Assembly (NCBI GenBank): GCA_002633005.1 | Contig: NMRA01000271.1 | Coordinates: forward strand, 203,588-267,587 | Length of the DNA: 64,000 nucleotides | Direction of reading: 5' to 3' | From: Phoronis australis | Lineage: Eukaryota; Animalia; Phoronida | Shown here: positions 53,191-64,000 of the stretch, one piece after another | Layout: every line of letters starts with the position of its first letter | Numbering within the stretch: the stretch's first letter is position 1 | The notes under the pieces: generated by a model | Database searches by the model: none | Seen by the model: the letters and a program-made list of their open reading frames with translations, nothing else | Told to the model about the DNA's origin: nothing | Made by a program: the position numbers and the translations under genes

Positions 53191-55699
53191 CTGCTGACTG
53201 GGTTTGTTTCCCCAACCTGTGTACCTGAACTACCCCGACTGACTTCCTGTTTAGATCCGAGCCTCTGTCTGAGGGCTTTGACATGATTAAGGGTATTAGG
53301 ACCTTTATCGACCAGGTTGTGTAGTTAGCTACATATCAGCAGAACTGTGGATTTTAACTCAGGAAAAGTATACCAAAGTGAAAGGCGTGTAGAGTTTGTG
53401 GAAATATACCATCGTACCATGAGCAACTGCTTGACAGTGCAACCTCATTGGTTCTCTAAATTGGAAATCGCATTTTGAAAGTTTTGCTAACAAATCACTA
53501 TGGTCAAGATTATGATCAATTTTTTTCAATTTGGGGCACAATGTGTACACACAAAATTTTGTTTAGTCAACTTATTATATACCATTTTACTAGGTTTCCC
53601 ATTACTCTTATTGTGACTTCTTAGCTATCATCAAACAACAATGTAAAATGATAAAATGTTGAGTTAATAAAAATGTTGTAAGCCTCCAAAAATTGCAATT
53701 TCTACATATTTTGGCAATTACTTTTCTACATTTGAAGAATTTTTAGTGTACATGGCATATAAGATGCATTTCAGAACACAATTTCCTTGAAAAACTGCAA
53801 ATGGCACACTGACTGATTCCCTTCGAATTTTTTTGGAAGAATTACAATTTCCAAGTCATAATCGATCAAAGGAAAATGAAACTTAAATACCCATGTTCTG
53901 TTCACTAAATGAGTATGTCCAGCGATACAGACTTTTTGAAAGGATTACAAGTCACATCATACCTGTCAAGTCACCCACATTTGACAGGGGGCTCACAAAG
54001 TGATCTATATTCTGCACACTTGGCGCCATGGTTCTTTTCACACACATTTCAATAATTCGTTCACATGGATGTCTATTTTAGTTATCTTTTCTCAATATAG
54101 TCAATGTCTAGCATTCCTTTACTCTCAAAATCCAGTTTTGATATCTGGTCCAGCTAGCGTTTTAAGCCGACAGTAAGTTAACATGAGGTCGTCGGAGTTG
54201 GTACTACTCAAAGGGCATCTGGGAATTAACACTGATCACAATATTAATTGCAGGGTGAGCTCCTTTTCAAAACATGAATAATCCGCAAAGTGCAGGTGAT
54301 GCCGTGCATCACCATAGAACAATTATTTTGAAAACAAATGAAGTTCTGGATGCACTGATCCCTAATCTCCAGCATACCCTTGACAGATCTGCCAGCATGT
54401 CAAAAAGTAAAATTTTTATTTTTTCAAAATGGACGTGCGCATGTCAACCCGAGATACTCAATGAGAGTTTGATTTTCTTATCATTTTGGTGTTTAACCTT
54501 CCAACTCTTGCTGCCCTGTGATTTTCTGCTAAGGGCAATAGAGGTACGATTCTTAGATTTAAAGAAATAACACCCGATCGCCCCAGCTATGCATGAGGAA
54601 TGAACACTACAAAATAAGACTCCTAAGGGTCACCAAACAAAGCTTTGCAATTCATAACCAACTGTGTGTCCTGGCATTAAATTTTGCATACATTAGGCAG
54701 TTGCGGACATCTTGACAAGGCCATCAATCTTTGGGCTGAATATCGACCGTTCCCCTTCAAAAAATAGTGAAAAATCACATGAAATTCCCGTCACGATGCC
54801 CAAAAATTCTCATCAAGTGATTGAAAAATTCGCCTCGAGGTTCAAATCACTTGTAACTCACACAGGTGATAACCTGAAAGTGTAAAAAAATATTAGTTTT
54901 GGCTAATTGAGCCAGCCCCTATGAGGGTTTGCAACATAATGGGGGTACTATTAGTGGTGATCGGGAAGTGGAATTTTCCCCTCACCCTGAAATATTCCCC
55001 TCTCGTATCACCCTGAAATATTCCCCTCAGAGGGCACGGGCACATTTCCCTTTGGGTTCTGAATGATACGGCAGAGGAATAAGTTCGAACTGCAACAGCA
55101 GCATAACTTAGAAATGTCTACGGAACCCCCCAACTAATTAAGTAACTTTTCAAACAATAATTATCACCAGGAGCTAGAAAACACGTTGAATTCAGTCTTC
55201 TTACCAGAGCAGTTTACCAAATTTCCTGTTAAAAAATGTCTGTACCAAGCCATGTTTTTTCAGGCCAATGTCACAGCTTATTTTGGTCAGCTGATCGACC
55301 TACATAAACCAATCTGCATATCTATGACAAAACACTGAGGGAGGTTTGACAGTGTTTTTGTATCCAATCTATTATTCATATGTAACTGTTTCCTTACATA
55401 TCTTTAGTATATACATTATTTTATCAACCCAAAGGTTACAAATCAGTCAAGAGCATTCCCATTACAGGGTGATGGCGTGTCTGTCTTTGACTTAGGAGAA
55501 ATGGCTATGTATATTGTGTTGGTTGTTTTCTACCGCTGACAATTTCCATCCATCAAAACCACAACAATACTCATTGGCAAAGCAGGAATATACTTCTGAG
55601 TTCCTTATGAAAGTTGAACAGCGAAGCCTTTGACTTTGCTGGAATCTGGCATCTGGGTTCGGGATGAGATTTCAGGACCCAGGCTCTCACTTAGTGAAA

Positions 55700-56150
55700 A
55701 TTCATGAAAGCCTAAACATTCGAGGCGATTCGAGGCGATTCCAGGACACAACATCACTGGAACGTGGAATTCGGGAAAACACTATAGTACGTGGACCGTC
55801 GTCAACCTCACCCTGACACGGAAACTGACCACTGCTGACTGGCAACGTTTACTTGTTGACAACACGGTGACAGTCGAGAGTCAAACCTGAAAATGTTCTG
55901 CTTCCCTAAAGCAATACAAGTTTCCCCAGTAAATATCCGATAATGAAACAACAAGAAAACTATTGCCTTTTTGAACCCTTACTGAAGGAAAGAGAATACT
56001 TACCAAGAAAAGAGAAAAACAGTTAACTGTTACGATTAACGAGGAGTTTCATTTAAATCCTGAGGTGAGTCACTGTTGTATTTGAGAGCTGTCCTCGGGT
56101 GACCTCTCCAAAGGTCTCTTCAAATCACGCGATTGCTTAATCCTGGTGGT
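55700..56150. promoter_or_regulatory. Candidate promoter / first-exon region of the TRIM gene, possibly bidirectional
   Basis: CpG becomes frequent again and the A/C-rich plus-strand skew ends here (judged by eye). Minus-strand donor TTG|GTAAGT at 56004; plus-strand donor GAG|GTGAGT at 56064. Confidence 0.35.
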
Positions 56151-56700
56151 TAAACTGCGAACTAACTTTGTTGTGTAATTTAACGGTAGTATCAAGTATC
56201 TATGACAAGGCAGTAGAATTGTAGAAAATGTCAAAATTTATAAAAAAAAAACAAGAACGAAACAATTATTTAGAACACGAATATTGATATTGAAATTTGG
56301 TTATGTTGATAATGTCTTTGTCTTTCCTTGACTTGTCATATAGTCAAAAGTTTTATCCCATAAGCGTTGAATCTAGTGTAGAGGGAAATACGGCAATTTA
56401 TTAACAACTTAGGTCTCAGTCGATGACGCGGAATAATGTCTCGCGGGATATTACTTCATGAACGCCACTCTCGGTACGTTTTGTGTATGTATTCTACGGA
56501 TTGTCAACTTTCGGAAAACTTGAAATTTTCTAGTGCTCCATTAAGTTTAGTAAGTTACGGGTAAACGCAAAGGCTTACCCGGTGTGAGCTACGAAGATAA
56601 CACTAGCTCAGAATACAAAACTAGTGTAAATTCAAGTATGACAAACGCTCATCAATGTGTTTCAACCCTGTTGCGAAGGAACTCTTGACCATTATAACCC

Positions 56701-56944
56701 GGATTTTTAGTTGGGGGCAGGGTACAGGAATAACTAGAATTCCGAAACATGCGCGCACCCAGCCTAAAATGTAGGGATGCAGTGGTCTCGAATTTTTGGG
56801 TTTGTGTATCTTATTACTAAAAAAACGGTAAACGGGCCGGGGTTCGTTCAAGGCCTATGCAATGCGCATTCGCCCCCGGACCCCCCTCGGGTGCGCGCAT
56901 ATGCTAATCAGCAGTTCGCATCCCGAACTGCCAAATTGCATCTG
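56701..56944 (-). mobile_element. Partial inverted copy of the 9432-9761 MITE, cut at an N
   Basis: Shared GGGTGCGCGCATATGCTAATCAGCA, CCGAACTGCCAAAT, CTTATTACTAAAAAAA; ends at N 56945. Confidence 0.75.
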
Positions 56945-58600
56945 NCTGTCGGCGCTTAGCAGCTTAGACATAAAACTAGGTTATCTATGAACTTTTTTTA
57001 AAAATTGCAATTGAGTGAAGTAGGCAAGGACGTTGTCTTATGGCAGAGGCTTCGCAAAACACCTTCTGAAATTCTCCTTTCCTAAAAACATAGCTTCCAT
57101 AAGTCTCGAAATCAGCACTCGGCACTGTCACTCGCATGAACTTTGCTATGTGGCGAATAAGAATCGTTCGCTTTTTTCCAGACAACGACATCCTTTTATG
57201 ACGGAATTATTACTCCACTGGACAAGAGAGTAAACATGACAGGTCCGCATGGATCCTCTCGTTGTGTTTATTATCGCGTCCTTTTGCCTTCATGTCTGCT
57301 GTAACTTCGTTAGTGTCTACCACGACAGGGCCATGAACGGAGAGTCCTGGTTAGGCCGCATTGCTTACTGCAAATGAAATTAAAAATCGGGGTCATGTCC
57401 TGCACATTAGCGTAGAATTCTTATGCGCCTGTAAAAAAATACATTATGGAAGTCTGATTTCTGTCTGAGTGTACTAATGCGTTTGTAGGGTCGTCTATTG
57501 AAATGCTGATAGTCAACGATCAATGTCGTCATTTTTAATTGTTGTCGTCTGCATTCTTTTATATGTAGGACATTGACAAAAAACTGGAGTATATTCCTGG
57601 GGCAAGAATGTGATTATCGATCCTACAAAATGTGAGTCCGTTTGAGCTTTATCACACCGAAATGACAAAAAGCATTAAGCGCGTGTGTGCAATTTAGATT
57701 CAAGACAATACTTTTTAAAAATTTCTCATCAAGCGTTCCGCATATAAGCACGTGCGGGCAATACGTCACTTACACGCGTTGGTAGACTCATCCCTTTGTA
57801 TATGCGCCTATTTTCTTTGAGTCCTGTCCAGTAATCGGTGGTTTTCATGTAAAAATTCAAAATTAAATTGTATGCACGTTAAAATCTACTGTTTTGTCAC
57901 TTACATTACAAGTTAAGGTTGTTGTGCAAAAAATTTGAAAGCGCAGGAAACGACGGTAATTCCAAATATAGGCACAGCATGTGCGCACGCACAAGTTGTT
58001 TTTGGGTCGTCGCACCAAAAAACCCTTTCACCGACAATGTCTTTGACATTTTAGGAAAATGTCACTGAGAATAAATGAGGCCAAAGTATTGCTGCAGCGC
58101 CAACGTATCTTGAGAAACAACTTTTCTGACATTTTCTGTTCTTGTTTTGTGCGAAAAGATTTAGTTTGTTCTTCATGTCACCAGCATTAAATATAAAAGT
58201 CTTACCTTAAAATTTCACCAATCAGCCAAAAACACAACAGGAAAAGATGACATTGTGTCACATCAATCGAAATAAAAATATTAAAACAAAAGCTGGTATT
58301 TGTCTAGTTGAAAAAGAAATTTTTTGTCGAGTTTCCAACCCTCAAAGCGAGTCCCAAAGTTTTCGAAATATTCTAAGCAGCAAATCATGTACTTTTTTAA
58401 TGGAGGTAAGCCGCGATATCTCGAGTTCGTACTTAAGTAAAATACAAAATGTCAAAATATTTAGAGATCGAGTTCAGAGACTAGATCCGGGGCACCGATC
58501 TAGAGATAACAGCACAATATGACGTCATTCATAAAAGTATTCTCCATTCTCTTTTTCTATAATGTACCTGATCACACAACATTTACTGCCGTCCTTTTAG

Positions 58601-58748
58601 ATGGTCGTTAGATTTGGGAGCTGTCGATCAGACCATCTGGCCAGTATATTGGCTCTCCTCGTGTGAACGCAGTTGGTTACAGAATTTTGGAACCCTTATC
58701 GTTCCCACTCTCACAACAATCGGGAAACAGGCAAACCTGTTCGGATGG
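58601..58748 (+). CDS. Exon of the plus-strand gene (WSLDLGAVDQTIWPVYWLSSCERSWLQNFG...LFGW)
   Basis: GTCCTTTTAG acceptor, TGG|GTAAGT donor; single open frame, phase 2 to 0 as required by the flanking exons. Confidence 0.55.
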
Positions 58749-60125
58749 GTAAGTCATAAATTCAATTTTTAAATTAAATTTCAAAGTTAAGTTTTAAATG
58801 AATCTTTCAACATTTAAAAATGTTAAAACATATGGCTTAAAAGGAAAATACCACGTGCTGTATGCAAGGATTATTCGTTCGTGGATGAAACCATTTGAAA
58901 ATGTACATTAACTAGCAGTCAGTTGGTAACAAAATTTATTTGGCCAGTTTTAAAACAAGTTCTGGATCAACATTCCGTAGGTACAACTTATTCACAATGT
59001 TGGTGCTAAATCCACACGTGTAATTGCCCCACCCAAATCTTTTATAGCTTTGGTACTTTTCAGTTTATCCACGTTATCGCTATCCTGGTGTGCCGACAAT
59101 GTATTAAACTCTTGAACATTCGCTGGAAAACCATTCATCAATGTCTGAGGTAATGTTTGGGGAGCAAGTATGAATGTTATTTTGTTTACGTTTCTAATCA
59201 ACAAACGTGTGGAATTCCAGGAGCTCAAATATGCAGTCATAGTATAATTGATATTAAGCATTCTTATCCAGGCACACTTACCTCGATGTTCTTATTCTCT
59301 CAATAGCAAATCGCAGTTCTTTTATTGTGTAAAATAATGCCTAATGTATAATTTTTGCAAGCTTCACCAAATTGGGGTTGTTAGCTTGCAGAATCGGATG
59401 GTGAAGTCGACAGTGCATGCTGCTGCCATCTGTGATCAGCTGAAGGAAATATTACAAACAGCTCACCGACAGCAGAAGTACGTATTTATATAAATAGCAA
59501 GATGCCTTTATTTTTATTGATGACTTAATTAAAACAAAATTGTTTTGCCTCTCACGGCTGACCGTATATTATTTTGTTCGCGACTCCATACTTCATGGTG
59601 ACAAGGTGTTAGTTTGTGTGTATAAATTTTTATTTAGTGGGCTCTGAGTTCCCGTTTTATTAGCTCTCACGAGGTCTCTTATACACGTGAATTGTACGTC
59701 ATTGCTACTTTTATCTTGTGTTTACTTGATGTCGATAAAGTTTCTTATTTTTTTTTACTTACTTTCCTTCCCTGCGTCTCAGCGGAGGACGGCGAGTGAA
59801 GGGAAACAAGAATAAGAACCCGGCGAAATTCGTTGGCTATACAAAAATTCATCGAATTGTCGCGGGATTCATGGGCGAATTTCTAGTTTAACTTGTGCAC
59901 TCTTCGACTTGGTGAAATTCGCATTCCTCTTTTCTCAGTCGTCATTTAAGCCCTCCGATGGCCTCCCACTTCAGCAAAAGCAAAATTCGTTGAAAAATGA
60001 ATTTAGATTCTCTAACCCCAAATCAAGTGTAACATTCTATGTCGTTGACACGTGTTTGTATTCAATAGGTGCACCTCCCCTGTTCAAAACTTTACTCCCA
60101 AACTTGTGGCGCCATCTTGGTACAG

Positions 60126-60252
60126 TGTTGACTTCGTGAGTGGCGAGTACGTGGGACCGGCTATTGTGCGCACGTGGCACCTACGAGGTATGCCACGTGA
60201 CGAAATAAAGAAACGTCTGATGGAGCGTTACCAGGCAGCAAATAACGATAAA
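60126..60252 (+). CDS. Exon of the plus-strand gene (VDFVSGEYVGPAIVRTWHLRGMPRDEIKKRLMERYQAANNDK)
   Basis: TACAG acceptor, AAA|GTGAGT donor; only one frame is open, and it is phase-compatible with both neighbouring exons. Confidence 0.55.
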
Positions 60253-60499
60253 GTGAGTTGGACCAAATATGTTGATTCGAGAGACTGACCTTGCAAAGAC
60301 GCCATAGTCTGCCTATGTCTCGTACTTCTTCCACGTTTCGAATACTAAATCCATATGGGCTTCTCCGAACTAAAAACTTGATTTTACTTGGCAATAAGTT
60401 GTCTTGGGTTTTAGTATTAGTTTCCACCGAACTGCTTTTAAAATAACTTCATAGACGCTAATTTATTAATAAATTACCCTTTCCCCATTTTCCTTTCAG

Positions 60500-60573
60500 G
60501 ACTTTGCATTCATCTCAAAATTACGTGACGAAGCAGAATTTCTTTTCGGAACTGTCTGGATAAATACTCGAAT
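60500..60573 (+). CDS. Exon of the plus-strand gene (DFAFISKLRDEAEFLFGTVWINTR)
   Basis: Strong polypyrimidine acceptor CCCCATTTTCCTTTCAG, donor AT|GTGAGT; only frame 0 is open, matching the previous exon. Confidence 0.6.
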
Positions 60574-61120
60574 GTGAGTACTAGTACGCGACGTGGTCGA
60601 TAAATATTACAATCAAATGTGATGGTCCATGGTCATGGGTATACTTGCAGTTTTCTTAAAGGAGACTGGCAGACTTGAAAACTTCCTTCACGAAGAACCA
60701 TAACGAGGCTCTCGTGCTTTAGCTCAAGTGTTTTGTGCAATGGGCCCAACCATGATGCCTGCGCACGTCTGATGCACCGAAAATGACACCAGACCACCTG
60801 CACTGTATTTTTTGAAGTTGCAAGTTTTTCATGTTTTATAGCTCTGGTCAAAGTTAACAAAAATAATTTAAAAAACTGCGGTTTCAGCAGTAAAACCGGA
60901 AAATGTCCCTTTAAAGGGAGGCCCCGTTTTTAGCCAATTCTTCTTCCGTGTACCCTGTCTAACTTATCATTGGTGTCTCACTTGAGTGGTAAGAGCAGGA
61001 TTCAAGTAAGAACAATTACTCACTGTGACTTATCATCAAGATGTATTCTGGGGTTCGTGATGGAGACTACGCCTTGAGAGCCAGTAGTTTCATTGAAATT
61101 TTGGAGAATTAAGGCCCACT

Positions 61121-61539
61121 GTCGCTGGTTGCATGAAACGGTCCCAAATAGGGACTCAACTATGGTCCCTAAGTCTTTTTGCGTATTTGTGTCTTTATGG
61201 ACTCAAAGATGCAATATTTTTTCTGTCATTTCATCTTTATTGTGAGCTCCGCATTGATTAATGACATTTTCTAGTAACTTAACTAAATAACTGAGCTCAG
61301 AGTTCATCGAAAATAAATAGGGACTCAGTCCTTAACTGGGGGTGTTACATGAAAAGATCCCTAATTGTTTTCGATAATATTGACAATTCAACGTAAAGGT
61401 CACTCTCGATTTGTATCAAAATCAAAAATTGTAATGAAACTAAAACAATACAAGAAAGGGCAACCGTTTTCACAAGTTCAAAAATAAGCAGATTTGGGGA
61501 ACTTGAATCCCTATTTGGGACTGTTTCATGCAATCGGAC
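61121..61539. mobile_element. PIF/Harbinger-like MITE, same family as 17204-17626
   Basis: TIR TTGCATGAAACGGTCCCAAATAGGGA / TCCCTATTTGGGACTGTTTCATGCAA. Confidence 0.78.
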
Positions 61540-63018
61540 ACAGGAAGTTATACCGGCCCAGTGCGTTAAAAAAAATCTCAATTTACATCCAAAACTGGAA
61601 AATCATCCCTCAGTGGCTACTGGTATTTGAAAGTGAACATCAACAAGCCTAAAGCACAAAAGCGTGTTTTTTCACAAACTTTTCCCAGTAGCACAGTGTC
61701 TTGGCTGAGAACATTTTCCACATGAGGAAACATGAAGCTTGGTGAGCAACCAGACAGAAATACTTCCACGGTCCGTGATTCATGACCCGGCCAAAAAAAT
61801 TTATATGCAATAAAAAGATATGTGTCATGAATGTCACACTTGATAATGTGTCTGTTTTGTACTAAACTATGAATATGGCTTGGTGATGTGAGGACGTTTA
61901 AGCTACATAAAAACAAGGAATTACTTCACTGTGGAAAACTCGTGTTTTGTTTTTAAAAATTTGCATAGATATTTTAGATATATGCCAAAACAAGCGGTCA
62001 AAAATTACGTAATCTTTTTATAAAAATTAAGCGCTAGTCACTTATGTTTAAAATTAGTACATGGTGAACGCCACTTTGGAACTGTTTCACAAATGCACCG
62101 TCCATGGGCCAATTTTTGCCACTGATAGACACAGAAATTTTCAGTACTAATGCGTTCCACACGTCGAAGACTCCTAAATCACATTCCGTATAAAGCTCTG
62201 ATGTTTTCAGGCCGATGCCGTCCACTTCAGCGTGAAAATCAGACGACATGAATATTACCGTTCCGAAGAGATCGAGATAATAGATTTGACAAGTCATGAT
62301 CACCAATCTGTGTCACTGGAGAACTACTGTAGTCTAATAAAAGCATACGCACTACAGTTGCCTCGTCGTTTTAAGATTTAAAAACCCTGGCTGCATGAGT
62401 AGACATATTACATTTCCTGTCAACGCGGGACAGTTAGTAGCTTACATTTTCACCTGGTGGTCGTGCCGGCAACTAATACGGTAACCGATAGAGTTCCTCC
62501 TCTTTCCGGTCTATGAATTGAATTTTTTCAACACAGTGTTCAATCTTATCGAACGGAGAGAAGGAGTCATGCGACAAATATCGTAACATTTATCTTAAGT
62601 AAGTTTTGATTGTGGTCTCAGTAAATTAAATATCAGGTACAACGAGACGTTAGCCTCTGGTTACCAGGTATGGACGAGGAAAGGCAAATAAAATTTTCCT
62701 TAATTTGTAAATTAACAAAAACTCAATAGAATTTCTCATGAAAAACTGCGCATACCAAGTTTTATCAGATTTTCTAAAAGTGTTATACACTAAAGTGCAT
62801 AAGCGGATCGGTGTCCAAGAGACTCGATCCGGTACATATCCCCGTTTCCTACAGACAAGACACAAAAACGCCGTCAGCCTGCCGTTTATAGGCGGAGATT
62901 TCCCGTGATTGTGCCCTCCTCAGATGTATAAAACCGTCTATCTGAGTGCCCTCTCACGATATCCTACGTCCGCCAATGAAGTGCTCGTAAACTGTGAGTG
63001 TGAACCAACGATGCACGA

Positions 63019-63135
63019 GGACGCAGTGTGGCCTGGTTGATAAGTGCCCGCTTTCTTTACTCGAGGTCGTGGGTTCGAGTCCCACCGACCAGGTCACACT
63101 GCTAAAGCCTTGAGCCAGGTTACTAACTCCTCAGC
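63019..63135 (+). mobile_element. tRNA-derived SINE head (degenerate)
   Basis: A box TGGCCTGGTTG and B box GGTTCGAGTCC (63072-63082) with T-arm stem GTGGG/CCCAC. There is no acceptor stem, and a SINE-core-like CCTTGAGC segment follows. It lies inside a predicted intron. Confidence 0.65.
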
Positions 63136-64000
63136 TCGGTTTTAACCATACATTTAATAAAGCATATAAAAATAGTTCCACTAGGCAGGTGATCAGTGCA
63201 ATGCCGGATGGACCCACATGCGAGGCCTGCGTACGTCTGGTACAACGTGTATCAGACCGATGCATACGCTGAAAAAATAAGAACTGGCCGGGGCAACCCT
63301 AACAAAGATGCCGTGGGCTCCCAATGGCAATCGGCACGGCTGTCCTGCCTGTACAGTACCACCGCAGATAAGGCTCAAACATATGCAGAACTGATTGTAT
63401 GTGGCGTTTTAATCATTCTGTATTCCCAATTTACCCATCAACTAATGGCACTCCGGTTTAATGGGTGCATTGAAAAAAGCCACTGTGATCAATGTATTCT
63501 CTCTTTCCCTTGGTAGTAGACTAAAGCATTTCAAAGAATCAAGCAAGGGTAATTATCGGTATTGAACAAGGTCACTGAGATTGAGCCACCAAAACCGACA
63601 TAATAAAATTCTGAATAGCGTGGATATTATCTGTTCACTATCGCGAATGACAAAATGAAATGTAACAGAAATAGCGTGGATATAATATCTGTTTACCATC
63701 GCAAGCGAAGTGCTCCTTGAGGATGACGTATTGAACTTCATCGAAACGTTGGACTCGTGTACATACGTAAATACAGAATGTCAAAAAGAATTGTGCTGGG
63801 ATTTCTGCTACGTATTTGGTCCAATACCTACATGGTCAATAGATGAAAGGTGGTTAGATACGAGCCCACTAGACTCCGTCGGTTGATTTTTTCGTTGCAA
63901 CATCCATTAGATCGCTAATCTCTATTCCCACGTGACCGTAGTGCAAAAATCATTTGGAGATGCGTTCATCGTTAATTAGTTTTGGAAGGTCTTGAAACGA

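Larger units (their letters stand above)
57182..63569 (+). pseudogene. Multi-exon gene or unprocessed pseudogene with C-type-lectin-like motifs
   Basis: AG/GT-bounded exons 57182-57229, 57569-57631, 58601-58748, 59064-59149, 60126-60252, 60500-60573, 61689-61770, 62537-62598, 62924-62993, 63185-63396 and possibly ~63520-63548, with matching phases. The frame is open for 188 codons from ATG 57198, then hits TGA at 61723 and further stops. Family assignment is by eye only. Confidence 0.55.

Noticed and set aside
9432-56944. Three inverted repeat pairs flanking the TRIM exons (9.4/56.7, 14.1/36.1, 16.4/46.7 kb) as one giant fold-back or invertible segment
   Set aside because: The pairs are diverged, from unrelated families and not concentrically nested; expected by chance in a MITE-rich genome.
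61723-61725. TGA as selenocysteine or programmed read-through
   Set aside because: Trp rather than Cys is expected here, no SECIS was recognised, and further stops (including TAA) follow in later exons.
63019-63090. Second tRNA gene
   Set aside because: A and B boxes are present, but there is no acceptor or anticodon stem; SINE head.

Overview
Eukaryotic (marine-invertebrate-like) genomic DNA, AT-rich and dense in non-autonomous transposons; the organism cannot be named from sequence alone. There is one clear protein-coding gene: a minus-strand TRIM-NHL protein (RING, B-box, coiled coil, filamin, NHL; 677 aa) in two coding exons, 21566-21431 and 19586-17689. It probably has a ~34 kb 5' intron region reaching a promoter near 55.7-56.1 kb. 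An intact tRNA-Val(CAC) lies at 5343-5415 (-). Reading splice sites by hand reveals a plus-strand chain of about 11 small exons (57.2-63.6 kb), largely missed by the ORF track. Its phases match, it carries C-type-lectin-like motifs (VWI, QPD, C..C..C, CxxGW, WxxARxxC), and it has in-frame stops, so it is most likely a decaying multi-domain lectin (pseudo)gene facing away from the TRIM gene. The rest is a Penelope GIY-YIG relic, tRNA-derived SINEs, Kolobok/Harbinger/hAT/mariner-type MITEs, an (ACTT)n microsatellite and a 44-bp minisatellite. Three tandem 'duplications' joined at Ns look like uncollapsed alleles. I found no CRISPR array, operon or clearly new biological system; the lectin-like exon chain is the best lead.
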